Below are positions 48,115-57,726 of a DNA stretch of 64,000 nucleotides, in pieces. The notes under the pieces were generated by a model. It was not told where the DNA came from and made no database searches. It saw only the letters and a program-made list of their open reading frames with translations. The translations under genes were made by a program, and so were the position numbers. Positions within the stretch are counted from its first letter, which is position 1, and the number at the start of each line of letters is the position of its first letter. Origin of the DNA: Akkermansiaceae bacterium (GTDB lineage: Bacteria; Verrucomicrobiota; Verrucomicrobiia; Verrucomicrobiales; Akkermansiaceae); the NCBI GenBank assembly GCA_051251915.1, contig JBPOGF010000003.1:160001-224000 (forward strand), given 5' to 3'.

Positions 48115-49140
48115 ATGGGTGATGAAGATTTTATGAGGCAGGCATTGGCCGAGGCGAGAAAAGGGTTGGGGCTTACGAGTCCTAATCCGCCGGTGGGTGC
48201 GGTGATTGTTAGAGAGGGTGAGGTGATTGGGAGAGGGTGGCACCGTAGGGCTGGGTGTCCGCATGCGGAGCGTGAGGCGATAAAAGATGCTGGAGGGGGT
48301 GTGAGTCTTGAGGGTGCTACTATTTATGTGACTTTGGAGCCTTGTTCGACTTGTGGGCGGACGGGGGCTTGCACGGATGCAATTATTGAGAATGGATTTG
48401 GTCGTGTGGTGTATGGTGCAAGGGATGTGAATCCGGATCATGCGGGTGCTGCGGATGAGGTGTTGAGGGCGGCGGGGGTTGAGGTGGTGAGTGGGGTTTT
48501 GGCGGAGGAGTGTGGGGTGTTGATACGTGGGTTTGGCAAGAGAATCTTGACTGGGTTGCCGTGGGTGATTGCGAAGTCTGCGATGAGTTTGGATGGCAGG
48601 ATTACGCGGCCGGATGGTGAGGGGCAGTGGTTGACGGGGGCTGAGGCTCGTGCGGAGGCTCATGGGATTAGGGCTGAGGTGGATGCTATTGTGGTGGGTG
48701 GTAAGACTGTGCGCAGGGATAATCCTAGTTTGACTGTTAGAGGTGAGGCTTTCCGTGAGGAGAAGGAGCAGCCTTGGAGGGTGGTGTTGACTCAGAGTGG
48801 GAAGAAAAACTTACCACTGGATGCGGCGGTTTTTGTCGATGAAGCAAAAGAGCGGACTTTGATCCACGAGGATATGAGTCTGGAGGAGAGTTTGAGGGAG
48901 TTGGGGGGGAGAGGTTGTAATGTGGTTCTGTTAGAGTGTGGTGGTGTGTTGATGCGGCAGTTTTTGGAACAGAATTTGGTGGATGAGGTGGCGGTGTTTT
49001 TTGCGCCAATGTTGACTGGTGGTGGAGACTTTGGTTTTGGTGTGGGAGAGCATTTGCAGAAGAGTTTGGCTCTGGAAAAGATGGTGGTGAAGCAGTGTGG
49101 GGATGACTTCTTGTTTAGGGGCGTGGTGCGCCGGAGGTAG
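48115..49140 (+). CDS. ribD: Bifunctional riboflavin deaminase/reductase
   Basis: PNPPVGAV, HAE, TLEPC....RTGAC, K.A.SLDGRI, DNPSL, LLECGG. Confidence 0.96.
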   Translation: MGDEDFMRQALAEARKGLGLTSPNPPVGAVIVREGEVIGRGWHRRAGCPHAEREAIKDAGGGVSLEGATIYVTLEPCSTCGRTGACTDAIIENGFGRVVYGARDVNPDHAGAADEVLRAAGVEVVSGVLAEECGVLIRGFGKRILTGLPWVIAKSAMSLDGRITRPDGEGQWLTGAEARAEAHGIRAEVDAIVVGGKTVRRDNPSLTVRGEAFREEKEQPWRVVLTQSGKKNLPLDAAVFVDEAKERTLIHEDMSLEESLRELGGRGCNVVLLECGGVLMRQFLEQNLVDEVAVFFAPMLTGGGDFGFGVGEHLQKSLALEKMVVKQCGDDFLFRGVVRRR

Positions 49141-49156
49141 TAGCGAGGGGTTATCT

Positions 49157-49190
49157 TGGAGGTAACGTTTAACACTAAACGATACCTCCA
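49157..49190. terminator. Hairpin between convergent ribD and adh genes
   Basis: TGGAGGTAACGTTTA acac TAAACGATACCTCCA. Confidence 0.7.
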
Positions 49191-49213
49191 CCTCATATAA
49201 TTGAGGCTACTTA

Positions 49214-50212
49214 TTACCGTTTGAGGACGGCACGGTATCTAGCTTTGCCGTCGGCTACGAATTGCATGGCTTCGTTTACTTGGTCCATTGGGAATTCGTC
49301 TACGAGTGGGGCTATGTTGTGTCGGCCACAGAACTCTAACATTTGGCGTTGGACCTCGGGGCTGCCTATAGGTGAGCCGCCAACGCTGCGCTGGGCTGAG
49401 ATGAGAGGGAAGATGGTGAGTTCTATTTTATTTGCTGCTCCGACGAGATGGAGTTTGCCTTTTGGTGCGAGTGCATTTACGTAGAGGTCCCACGGGAGGT
49501 CTGCGTTTACAGTGACGAGGATGAAGTCGAACTTTCCAGCGAGTGCTTCTAGAGCCTCTTCATCGCGTGAGTTTACGAAGTGGTGAGCGCCCATTTGCTT
49601 GGCTTCTTGTTCTTTATCTGGTGTTGTGGAAAATGCTGTGACATCACAGCCCCATGCGTTTAAGAACTGAAGTGCTAGGTGACCGAGGCCGCCTATTCCT
49701 ACGACTGCGACTCTGTCGGTAGGTTTTACGTTGCTTTGAATAATGGGATTAAAGACCGTCACGCCGCCGCAGAATAAGGGGCCTGCTTTGGCAGCATCAA
49801 GAGTGTCGGGAATGGAGATGGCCCAGCTTGAGTCTGCTCTGACTTTATCTGCAAATCCACCGTGTCTGCCGACGATGGTTCCTTCGCTTTCGCCGCAGAG
49901 GTTGTGGTCGCCAGACATGCACTGTGAGCAGCCCATGCATGAACCGGCTGTCCAGCCAAGGCCTACGCGGTCACCTTCTTTGAATTTTTTAACACCAGAA
50001 CCGAGTTTGCCGATGGTTCCTACGATCTCGTGACCGAGGACGAGAGGGTATTCACTCATTCCCCAGTCATTCTTCCACATGCTAAGATCACTATGGCAGA
50101 TGCCGCAGTATTCTACGTTGATCTCTACTTCATCATGCCCAAGCTCACCGGCATTAAATTCAAATTTTTCAAGTTGGGCTCCAGCTTCTTTTGCGGCGTA
50201 TGCGGTAATCAT
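49214..50212 (-). CDS. Zn-dependent NAD(P)H alcohol dehydrogenase (Ahr/CAD-like)
   Basis: CGICHSD, GHE.VG, four-Cys structural Zn site, FCGGVTV, GIGGLGH. Confidence 0.93.
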   Translation of the reverse strand: MITAYAAKEAGAQLEKFEFNAGELGHDEVEINVEYCGICHSDLSMWKNDWGMSEYPLVLGHEIVGTIGKLGSGVKKFKEGDRVGLGWTAGSCMGCSQCMSGDHNLCGESEGTIVGRHGGFADKVRADSSWAISIPDTLDAAKAGPLFCGGVTVFNPIIQSNVKPTDRVAVVGIGGLGHLALQFLNAWGCDVTAFSTTPDKEQEAKQMGAHHFVNSRDEEALEALAGKFDFILVTVNADLPWDLYVNALAPKGKLHLVGAANKIELTIFPLISAQRSVGGSPIGSPEVQRQMLEFCGRHNIAPLVDEFPMDQVNEAMQFVADGKARYRAVLKR

Positions 50213-50249
50213 GAGTATACCTAGCGCACTTTAGTAGAGAACGCAAAAT

Positions 50250-51479
50250 TTAGCTTGAGATGATGCGTTCGAATCTGGTGAATTTGGTGGTTCTTGCGAG
50301 GATTATTCTGGTGGTCATGAGGATGGGTAGTCCGATCAACATGCCGGGGATACCCCAGAGTGCTCCCCAGCATAGGACCCAGAGGAAAACGATGATGGGG
50401 TTAATTTTGAAGTTTCTGCCGAGGATGGCTGGGGTGATGAGATTGCCCTCGATGGCTGTGAGTATGTAATAAGTGACGGGGATTAGCACGATGGAGAATG
50501 TGTTGTCATAGGTGGTGGCGGAGACCATAAATACGATGACGGTTCCGACAATGGCGCCTAGATAGGGGATGAAGTTGAGTGCAGCTGCGATGGTGCCCCA
50601 GAGTATGGGATTCGGCATGCCCAGTCCCCACATGGTTAATCCGATGACAATGCCTAGAGAGATATTGATGAGCGTGATGGTGAACATGTAGTGTGCGACT
50701 TCGTTAGTGACTTCTTCAAGTAGAGCGGCGGTGTTATCGACTTCGGTGATGCGTCTTAGCATCTTTTCTCCATACGCTAGTAGGAAATAGACGAGGGTGA
50801 GAGTGATGACGAGGTGGTATCCTAAAGATTTCAATGAGTCGAAGAGTTCGTCGATGGGGTCTTGTGCTAAGGAGACTTTCACGGCCTTGGGTGGAGCGGG
50901 CGATTTACTTTCTAGTGACTCTTTTTGCTTGTTACCCAACGGAGTGGAAGGAAGTTGATTGTCTTCTAGTTGTCTAGATTTGACTGGTGAATCAGTATTT
51001 TCACTAGGAAGTAATTCATCATCATTTTCAACTGGGTTAGTCAGGTTGTCTACGCTTACAGCCACATCGGAGATGTCATTTTGGATTTTAGCGATGGGAT
51101 AGATGATTCCTTTGAGGCGTTCTTTTACTGCTCCATCTTGGAGATTATCTGCGTAGTTCATGGCAGGTGCGAGTAGGTAGTAGACGCCTAATGTAACAAT
51201 TCCCAGGGAGGAAATTACGATCATGATTGATCCCAATGATGCAGGGATTTTCAGCATGCATAGAAAACGGTGAACCGGCTTTAGCACTAAGGAAAGTAAG
51301 AGTGCTAAAATGACTGGTAGGAGAACGGGGCGGATGAAATAGAGTGTGTATGAGACCGCTAGAACAAGTAGAGCTATCTGAGTGAAGTTGAGAGTAGAGA
51401 ACTGAGTACGCACCCAGCTAGGGCGGGTGGTTGATGACTCGGAGTTTTTCTCATCAGGAGCTGTTTTATCTGTAGGCAT
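50250..51479 (-). CDS. AI-2E family transporter
   Basis: LNFIPY.G, IEGNLITP.ILG, WG.LWG.PG.LIG.P. Confidence 0.9.
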   Translation of the reverse strand: MPTDKTAPDEKNSESSTTRPSWVRTQFSTLNFTQIALLVLAVSYTLYFIRPVLLPVILALLLSLVLKPVHRFLCMLKIPASLGSIMIVISSLGIVTLGVYYLLAPAMNYADNLQDGAVKERLKGIIYPIAKIQNDISDVAVSVDNLTNPVENDDELLPSENTDSPVKSRQLEDNQLPSTPLGNKQKESLESKSPAPPKAVKVSLAQDPIDELFDSLKSLGYHLVITLTLVYFLLAYGEKMLRRITEVDNTAALLEEVTNEVAHYMFTITLINISLGIVIGLTMWGLGMPNPILWGTIAAALNFIPYLGAIVGTVIVFMVSATTYDNTFSIVLIPVTYYILTAIEGNLITPAILGRNFKINPIIVFLWVLCWGALWGIPGMLIGLPILMTTRIILARTTKFTRFERIISS

Positions 51480-51564
51480 AGGAATGAAGGTTGCAATACT
51501 GGCAACATTGCTAGCGATAGAGATAATAGAGGAGTATTGGTTAAATACAATTTCTTTTATCACA

Positions 51565-51608
51565 GTCTTAACGACGGTTTATTGAGAGTTAAATTTAGTC
51601 GTTAAGGC
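51565..51608. other. Hairpin between mscS and AI-2E genes
   Basis: GTCTTAACGAC...GTCGTTAAGGC. Confidence 0.5.
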
Positions 51609-51673
51609 AGGGTGTAACGATCAAGATAGATACGAGGGAGAGTGAGTGTGACGTTCTGTTCTTCAATGCACTG

Positions 51674-52543
51674 CTATTCTTGTGATTCATTAGTCATTGT
51701 TTGTAGAGGTTCTTTAAATGTGAGTGTGCGATATGGGAAAGGGATTTCTATGTCTGCTTCATCTAGGGCTTTTTTAACTGTAGCGATCATTTCTGCTGTT
51801 GCTTCGCGAAAGGGCATCGGCTGGGAATTTGTCCAGGCGAATATTTTGAAATCAATACTGCTAGCACCGAAGCCTACGGGTAAGATTTTAGTGCCTCTAT
51901 CTTGATTAATTTTTTGAAGTGAAGCAACGGCTTCTGTAATGACTTTCGTAGCATGTTCAAGATCGGTGTCGTAAGATACTCCTACATCGAGCTCGATTCT
52001 TCTTTCTGAGATGTGGGTGAAGACTTCAACTGGCTGAGTGACTAAAAGTGAATTTGGCAGGATGATAAGCTCACCAGAGGTATCTTGAATCAGGGTATGA
52101 CGAAGCTCGATTTTCTTAACGCGGCCCGTTACGTCACCACAGGAAATCAGATCATCTTCTTCGAAGGGGAATTTCCAAAGTAGCATGACACCAGCGAAAA
52201 AGTTCTGGAAAATATCTTTAAAGGCTAATCCTACAGCGACTGAGACGAGACCTGCTGCTGAGAGAGCTTTGGCAGGGGTGAGACCAGGAAATACGATCAT
52301 GGCTGCGGAAATAAAACCGAAAATCCAGATGCTGGTTTTGATTAATCTCACTACGAGTTGGACTAGTGATGGACGCATCTTCGTCTTACCGAGTGTTCTT
52401 TTAGCCAAGCGGGTCACAGCGGTGGCGACTAGCCAAGTGAAGACAATGATCGCGAGAGCGCCTGCTAGGAAGGGGAGATGCTCTAGGAATGATTTCCAGA
52501 TGTCCGAGAGAGAATCGGTGATGATTTTTTGTGCATTTGCCAT
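51674..52543 (-). CDS. Small-conductance mechanosensitive channel family protein
   Basis: AVGLAFKDIFQNFFAG, G.V..I.LR.T, PN, V.VSYDTD, IEIPFPYR. Confidence 0.92.
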   Translation of the reverse strand: MANAQKIITDSLSDIWKSFLEHLPFLAGALAIIVFTWLVATAVTRLAKRTLGKTKMRPSLVQLVVRLIKTSIWIFGFISAAMIVFPGLTPAKALSAAGLVSVAVGLAFKDIFQNFFAGVMLLWKFPFEEDDLISCGDVTGRVKKIELRHTLIQDTSGELIILPNSLLVTQPVEVFTHISERRIELDVGVSYDTDLEHATKVITEAVASLQKINQDRGTKILPVGFGASSIDFKIFAWTNSQPMPFREATAEMIATVKKALDEADIEIPFPYRTLTFKEPLQTMTNESQE

Positions 52544-52742
52544 TAATCATAGTAGAGCCAGATTGGGGAAATTTCAATTATCGTTTTAGAAATGCATTAG
52601 CTTGGGCTTTAAAATAGTTGGGTCTTTTAGTTGAGATATAGAGTCAGGGCTAACTTTTATCCACACATTTGTTAATAACTTGCTTTCAGGTGTTGTGACT
52701 TAATATTGCTGGGAAACTTTAATTATCACCAACTATATAAAT

Positions 52743-53531
52743 ATGAAATACGCGATACTACTAACAACACTTACGGTCAGCCTAGCCAATGGCATGACGA
52801 CACTCATTGATGTTAATTTCCCGGGAGGGACTGGCATTAATCCGACATTTACAGAAATTAACAATGGAGCGGGGACTAATTCCTGGACACAGGCAACTGG
52901 TGTTCTAGCTACTAGTGGTAGTGAGGTGTCTGCAGTGGGGGCGGTGTCTTCTACTTCAGTGGATTTTACAGGACTGGGAACAGATTCATTGGTTCTTAAC
53001 TTTGTAGTTTCAAGCGCATCTTATAGTACTTTGGTTTCAAATGGTATGTTTCTGGGGTTTCAGGATAGCAATGGATCAGGTGGCACAGCTCTTTGGAATA
53101 ATCATAGTCCTTCATTTGGACTGTTGCTTCCTGGAGGGGCGGGTGGTCTGGATTTATTAGCGGTTGGTCCTGGAGGTAATGCTGGGGGTGGTCGTTATCA
53201 GGATACTAGTTATGGTGTTGCTACGGTGGCTTCTCTGCAGGATGGTTTTGATGTGACTCTTACTGTGAATAGTCTTGGCTGGGAGTTACTTATTGGCGGT
53301 ATGCTGGATGCTGATAATAATGCTATTACTGGTGGATCTGGTTTATGGGCGACTTCGACTCAAGACTTTGCTGGTTTCACAGATAGTATGTTTGTAGCGA
53401 CTGCGATTCAGACACCTGATGAGACTTCGGGGATGACTCTAGAGAGTGTTACTTTGACTCAGGTGCCTGAGCCATCAAGTGCTCTACTACTGGGTCTTGG
53501 TTCTCTAGGGCTGTTACGCCGTAGAAGGTAG
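52743..53531 (+). CDS. PEP-CTERM sorting domain surface protein (copy 1)
   Basis: Signal peptide; G/S/T-rich; VPEPSSALLLGLGSLGLLRRRR. Confidence 0.95.
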   Translation: MKYAILLTTLTVSLANGMTTLIDVNFPGGTGINPTFTEINNGAGTNSWTQATGVLATSGSEVSAVGAVSSTSVDFTGLGTDSLVLNFVVSSASYSTLVSNGMFLGFQDSNGSGGTALWNNHSPSFGLLLPGGAGGLDLLAVGPGGNAGGGRYQDTSYGVATVASLQDGFDVTLTVNSLGWELLIGGMLDADNNAITGGSGLWATSTQDFAGFTDSMFVATAIQTPDETSGMTLESVTLTQVPEPSSALLLGLGSLGLLRRRR

Positions 53532-53566
53532 TTGATCGGTTTATATTTTAACTTTTGTTTTAATAG

Positions 53567-53603
53567 AAATGGCGAATGCTCGGTTGAGCATTCGCCATTT
53601 TTT
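53567..53603 (+). terminator. Intrinsic terminator
   Basis: AAATGGCGAATGCTC ggtt GAGCATTCGCCATTT TTT. Confidence 0.9.
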
Positions 53604-53624
53604 GTTGAGTTGTTGTATGAGTTT

Positions 53625-53828
53625 TTAGTTCTTGGTTGTTTTTAGTTCTGGGTCGTTGATCCAGTCTGGGGAGTCTTGTTGAATGTCTGCCCAGAGTGCG
53701 ATGAGTTTGTTTTTCATGCGCTCGGTTTCTTCTGGGAAGTGGTCGTTGTGTGGGTTGCTCTGGTTGGTGTCTTTACTTAGGTCGAAGAGGGCGAAGCGTT
53801 GGAGCTTGGCGGATTTTGCCCCATTCTG
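53625..53828 (-). pseudogene. Duplicated 3' fragment of the sulfatase at 54789-56303
   Basis: Reads KSAKLQRFALFDLSKDTNQSNPHNDHFPEETERMKNKLIALWADIQQDSPDWINDPELKTTKN*, near-identical to 54789-54985. Confidence 0.9.
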
Positions 53829-53935
53829 GAACCGTATGTTGTTCTTTCTGAGCTAATTTAAATCATTAAGAGCTTGCTTTCAGGTGGTGTAACTCACTAG
53901 TCTTGAGTTTCTTTAATTGTAACCAACTATATAAA

Positions 53936-54733
53936 ATGAAATACGCGATACTACTGACAACACTTTCGGCCAGCCTAGTTAATGGGATGACGACACTTAT
54001 TGATGTTAACTTCCCGGGAGGGACTGGCATTAATCCGACCTTTACGGAAATTGATAATGAAGTCGGAGATAACTCTTGGACACAGGCGACAGGTGTTCTT
54101 GCTACTAGCACTGACAATAACTCTGCTGTGGGGGCGGTTTCTGCTAGCACAGTAGATTTTACTAGTCTGGGAACTGATTCACTTGTTCTTCAAATTAGTA
54201 TCTCTGGAGCGACATATACTAACCTCTCAGCGAATGGGATGTTTTTGGGTTTCCAAGATCTCAACGATTCCGATGGTAGTATCGGGCTCTTTAATAACTC
54301 CGCTCAACAGGCAGTTGGAGTGTATCTTCCTGGTGGGTCAGGTGGTTTGACGCAACGAGCGGTTGGTCTAGGAGGTAATCATGGGTCTGGTCGTTATCTA
54401 GCAACTAACTTTGGTGTCGCTACTGTGGCTTCGTTGCTGGATGGTTTTGATATTACGCTTACGATTAATAGCACGGGATGGGAAATGGGCGTTATAGGTA
54501 TGCTTGACGCTGGTGGTTCTGCTATTACTGGTGGTTCTGGTGCTTGGGCAGATTCTGATTTCGACTTCTCAGAATTTACTTCAACTATGCATGTGGCAAC
54601 TTCGATCCAAACACCGAATAATGATGATGGAGGGATGACTCTTTCGAGTATTACTCTGACTCAGGTGCCTGAGCCATCTAGCCTTGGGTTGTTGGGTGTT
54701 GCTTCGCTAGGTTTGCTACGCCGTCGTAGATAG
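53936..54733 (+). CDS. PEP-CTERM sorting domain surface protein (copy 2, paralogue)
   Basis: Same MKYAILLTTL...MTTLIDVNFPGGTGINPTFTEI start; VPEPSSLGLLGVASLGLLRRRR. Confidence 0.95.
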   Translation: MKYAILLTTLSASLVNGMTTLIDVNFPGGTGINPTFTEIDNEVGDNSWTQATGVLATSTDNNSAVGAVSASTVDFTSLGTDSLVLQISISGATYTNLSANGMFLGFQDLNDSDGSIGLFNNSAQQAVGVYLPGGSGGLTQRAVGLGGNHGSGRYLATNFGVATVASLLDGFDITLTINSTGWEMGVIGMLDAGGSAITGGSGAWADSDFDFSEFTSTMHVATSIQTPNNDDGGMTLSSITLTQVPEPSSLGLLGVASLGLLRRRR

Positions 54734-54759
54734 TTTTTTCTTTAGCAGAATATCTTTAG

Positions 54760-54791
54760 TAGCTCCTTGGATGGTTTCATCTGGGGAGCTA
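54760..54791. terminator. Hairpin between convergent PEP-CTERM and sulfatase genes
   Basis: TAGCTCCTTGGATG gttt CATCTGGGGAGCTA. Confidence 0.7.
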
Positions 54792-56303
54792 TTTTGTTTT
54801 TAGCTCTGGTGCGTTGATCCAGTCTGGTGAGTCTTGCTGGATGTCTGCCCAGAGTGCGATGAGTTTGTTTTTCATGCGCTCGGTTTCTTCTGGGAAGTGG
54901 TTGTTGAGTGGGTTGCTCTGGTTGGTGTCTTTGCTAAGGTCGAAGAGGGCGAAGCGTTGGAGCTTGGCGGATTTGACCCATTCTGAGATTCCTTGTTCTT
55001 TTGTCTTGGGGCTGAACCAGCCTATGATGGTGTAGTTTCCATCGCGCATGGACATGCCAGGGAGGGTGGAGGTGTCGTAGTGTGCGGGGAAGATCCAGCA
55101 GCCTGGGATGGTGCGTTTGATGGGCTGGCCTTGGAGGCTGAGTTTGACGTCTGTGCCATCGATGGTGCGGTCAGTGGGGACTTGGATGCCGGTGGCTGCG
55201 CAGATGGTGGGGAGCCAGTCTGTGCCGTTTACGAGTTGGTTAGAGATGGTGCCTGGCTTGATGGTGCCTTTCCAGCGGACGATGCCTGGGACGCGGTGTC
55301 CGCCTTCGTAGACGTAGCGTTTCATTCCTCTCCATGGTCCTGGTGTGCCGAAGCAGTGGTCGCGGATGGGGTCTTCCCATTGGTTGCCTGATTCTTCTAC
55401 GGTGACGGGTGTTTCTGGGCCGTTGTCGCTGGTGAGGATGACGATGGAGTTATCGCTATGGGCATCGACTTCTTTCATGAGGGTGCCGACGGTGTTGTCT
55501 AGCTGGGAGACGGTGCCGTAGTAGTATTTTTTATTTTCGCTGATGTTGCGGGTGAGTGGGCGGTGGACGCCTCCGTATGGCATGGTGGGTTCGAGTATTT
55601 CTACGAAGTCATTATCATACATGTCGGAGTATTTCTTGGGAGGCATGATGGGTGTGTGTGGCTCGTGGTAGGAGACGATGAGGAGGTATGGCTTGGTTTG
55701 GTCTGGGCGGTTTTTGATCCATTGGATGGATTCTTCTACGATGGCTTCACAGTACCATTGGTTGATTTCTCCGATTGGGGTTCCGTTTCTGACGAATTTG
55801 GCTGGGCTTTCTGGTCCGTCGAATGCGTTGACTTCTGTGGCGAACCAGTGGTCGTATCCGTGGTCACCTGGTGTGGGTTGGTTGTTGAATTTGCCGAGGT
55901 GCCATTTGCCTACGAAGCAGGTGTCGTAGCCTTTTTGTTTGAGGAGGGTGGGTAGGGTGATCTCTGAGGCTCTGAGGTGGCTGCCTTCTGGGCCGGCGAT
56001 GTAGAAGAAGCCGGAGCGGTAGGGATTTCTGCCGGTGATGAGGGAGGCGCGTGATGGTGAGCAGACGGTTCCGCCGGAGTGGCAGTCTGTGAGGCGGACT
56101 CCTGACTGGGCGAGGGCGTCGATGTTTGGGGTTTTGATGAAGGGGTGTCCGTAGCAGCCGAGGTCTCCGTAGCCGAGGTCATCTGCTAGGAAGATGACGA
56201 TGTTAGGGAGTGGTTTTTCCTGGGTAGTGGTTTCGGTGGTGTTTGCTTTTAGGCTGGAGAATAAAAGCAGGAAGATTGCGGCTTGCTTGAGAATGGTCTT
56301 CAT
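54789..56303 (-). CDS. Formylglycine-dependent (S1) sulfatase, secreted
   Basis: PNIV.FLADDLGYGD, CSPSRASLITGR, GKWHLG, SDNG, YEGG.RVP. Confidence 0.95.
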   Translation of the reverse strand: MKTILKQAAIFLLLFSSLKANTTETTTQEKPLPNIVIFLADDLGYGDLGCYGHPFIKTPNIDALAQSGVRLTDCHSGGTVCSPSRASLITGRNPYRSGFFYIAGPEGSHLRASEITLPTLLKQKGYDTCFVGKWHLGKFNNQPTPGDHGYDHWFATEVNAFDGPESPAKFVRNGTPIGEINQWYCEAIVEESIQWIKNRPDQTKPYLLIVSYHEPHTPIMPPKKYSDMYDNDFVEILEPTMPYGGVHRPLTRNISENKKYYYGTVSQLDNTVGTLMKEVDAHSDNSIVILTSDNGPETPVTVEESGNQWEDPIRDHCFGTPGPWRGMKRYVYEGGHRVPGIVRWKGTIKPGTISNQLVNGTDWLPTICAATGIQVPTDRTIDGTDVKLSLQGQPIKRTIPGCWIFPAHYDTSTLPGMSMRDGNYTIIGWFSPKTKEQGISEWVKSAKLQRFALFDLSKDTNQSNPLNNHFPEETERMKNKLIALWADIQQDSPDWINAPELKTK

Positions 56304-56325
56304 GGGTGGAGTGATAGATTGTGAG

Positions 56326-57696
56326 TTATTTTTTGTCGACTAGGTTTGTGGTCTCGAATGGGTCAGACTTTAGATTATAGTGTTGTTTGAGGCTTCCTGT
56401 TTTGCCTTTTGTCCATTGGTTGATTTTGTGTTCATCTGTGGTGATGGTGGATTTGAGGTTTTTCCAGTATGAGATGGCTGTGCCGTCTGATTTTGCGGTG
56501 GGGTCTTGGAGGATGTTGGCTAGTGAGTGGCCTTCTAGGTGGGCTGGTTTTTTGATGTTGATGAGGTCGCAGAGTGTGGGGTAGAGGTCGAGGGTTTCTA
56601 CGACTTCATTTGATGGGGTGCCTGGGCTGTTGGTGGATGGTAGCTTGATGAAGAGTGGGGAGTGGAGGGCGACTGCGTAGGGTGAGTGCTTGCCCCAGAT
56701 TTTTTGTTCGCCGAGGTGCCAGCCGTGGTCGCCCCAGAGGATGACGATGGTGTTTTTGTCTACATCGTATTTTGCTAGGAGTTCTAGGATGGTGCCGACG
56801 TGTTCGTCTGATGAGGAGACGCAGGCGGCGTAGTGTCTTCTGACGTTGTCTGCGTGGGTGGCGTCTTCGCGAGGGTCTGCTGCTTGGAGGTACTGGGTCA
56901 TTTCTCCGCTTGGGTGCCAGAAGTCACCTTTGGGTGGGCGTTGGTTAGCGGGGATGGCTGGGAGTGTTACTCCTTGGTAGATGTCTAGGTATTTGATGTT
57001 GCAGGCGAAGGGGAGGTGTGGTCTGAGGAGGCCTACGGCGAGGAGCCAGGGTTTGTCTTGGGTGGTGACTGTTTCTAGCTGGGTTTTGAAGCCGTCCATG
57101 GTGGCGTCATCTGGGTAGCGGGCGTCTTTGGCTTCTATGACGGGGGATTTGCCTTTTTCACGTGCTACTCCATCTGCGTATCCGTGCATGAGGGCTTGGG
57201 CGTGTTTCCATTCTCCGTTTGATTGGAGGCAGATGTCCCAGGCGTTGGGGATTTCTGGTTTGGTTTGGTCTGCCCAGTTTTTTCCTGTTAGGTTGCCTGG
57301 GTAGTGGGAGACTTTTCCGACTGCGGCGGTGTAGTAGCCGTTGTTTCTGAGGTGAGCGGGGAAGGTGGGGCGGGTTTCGTGGTCGTGGGCTGGGATGCAG
57401 CTGTTAGAGAGTTCTCCGGGGCCGTCTGGGTAGAGGCCGGTGAGCATGGCGAAGCGGGATGATCCGCAGGTGGGGGCTTGGACGTAGTGGCGCTTGAAGA
57501 GGCGGCCTTGGGAGAAGAGTTTTTCGATATTGGGTGCGTGGATGTAGTCTTTGCCGAAGGATGGTAGCTCGGGGCGGAGGTCATCTATGCAGATGAGGAG
57601 GATGTTGGGTTTGGTAGAAGTGGAAGAGGTTTCTTGTGCTTGGCTGGTGGCGGTGGCTGCAGAGAGGAAAAGAGCGATGATGGATTTTAGTTTCAT
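56326..57696 (-). CDS. Sulfatase, iduronate-2-sulfatase-like
   Basis: NILLICIDDLRP, CGSSRFAMLTG, GKV.H, PHLPF, WGDHGWHLGE..WGK. Confidence 0.9.
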   Translation of the reverse strand: MKLKSIIALFLSAATATSQAQETSSTSTKPNILLICIDDLRPELPSFGKDYIHAPNIEKLFSQGRLFKRHYVQAPTCGSSRFAMLTGLYPDGPGELSNSCIPAHDHETRPTFPAHLRNNGYYTAAVGKVSHYPGNLTGKNWADQTKPEIPNAWDICLQSNGEWKHAQALMHGYADGVAREKGKSPVIEAKDARYPDDATMDGFKTQLETVTTQDKPWLLAVGLLRPHLPFACNIKYLDIYQGVTLPAIPANQRPPKGDFWHPSGEMTQYLQAADPREDATHADNVRRHYAACVSSSDEHVGTILELLAKYDVDKNTIVILWGDHGWHLGEQKIWGKHSPYAVALHSPLFIKLPSTNSPGTPSNEVVETLDLYPTLCDLINIKKPAHLEGHSLANILQDPTAKSDGTAISYWKNLKSTITTDEHKINQWTKGKTGSLKQHYNLKSDPFETTNLVDKK

Positions 57697-57726
57697 GTGG
57701 TGGTTTTTAATTTTTGTTAGATTTTG

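Noticed and set aside
52679..52742. Sigma-54 promoter upstream of the PEP-CTERM genes
   Set aside because: TTGC is conserved in both copies but the -24 GG element is absent
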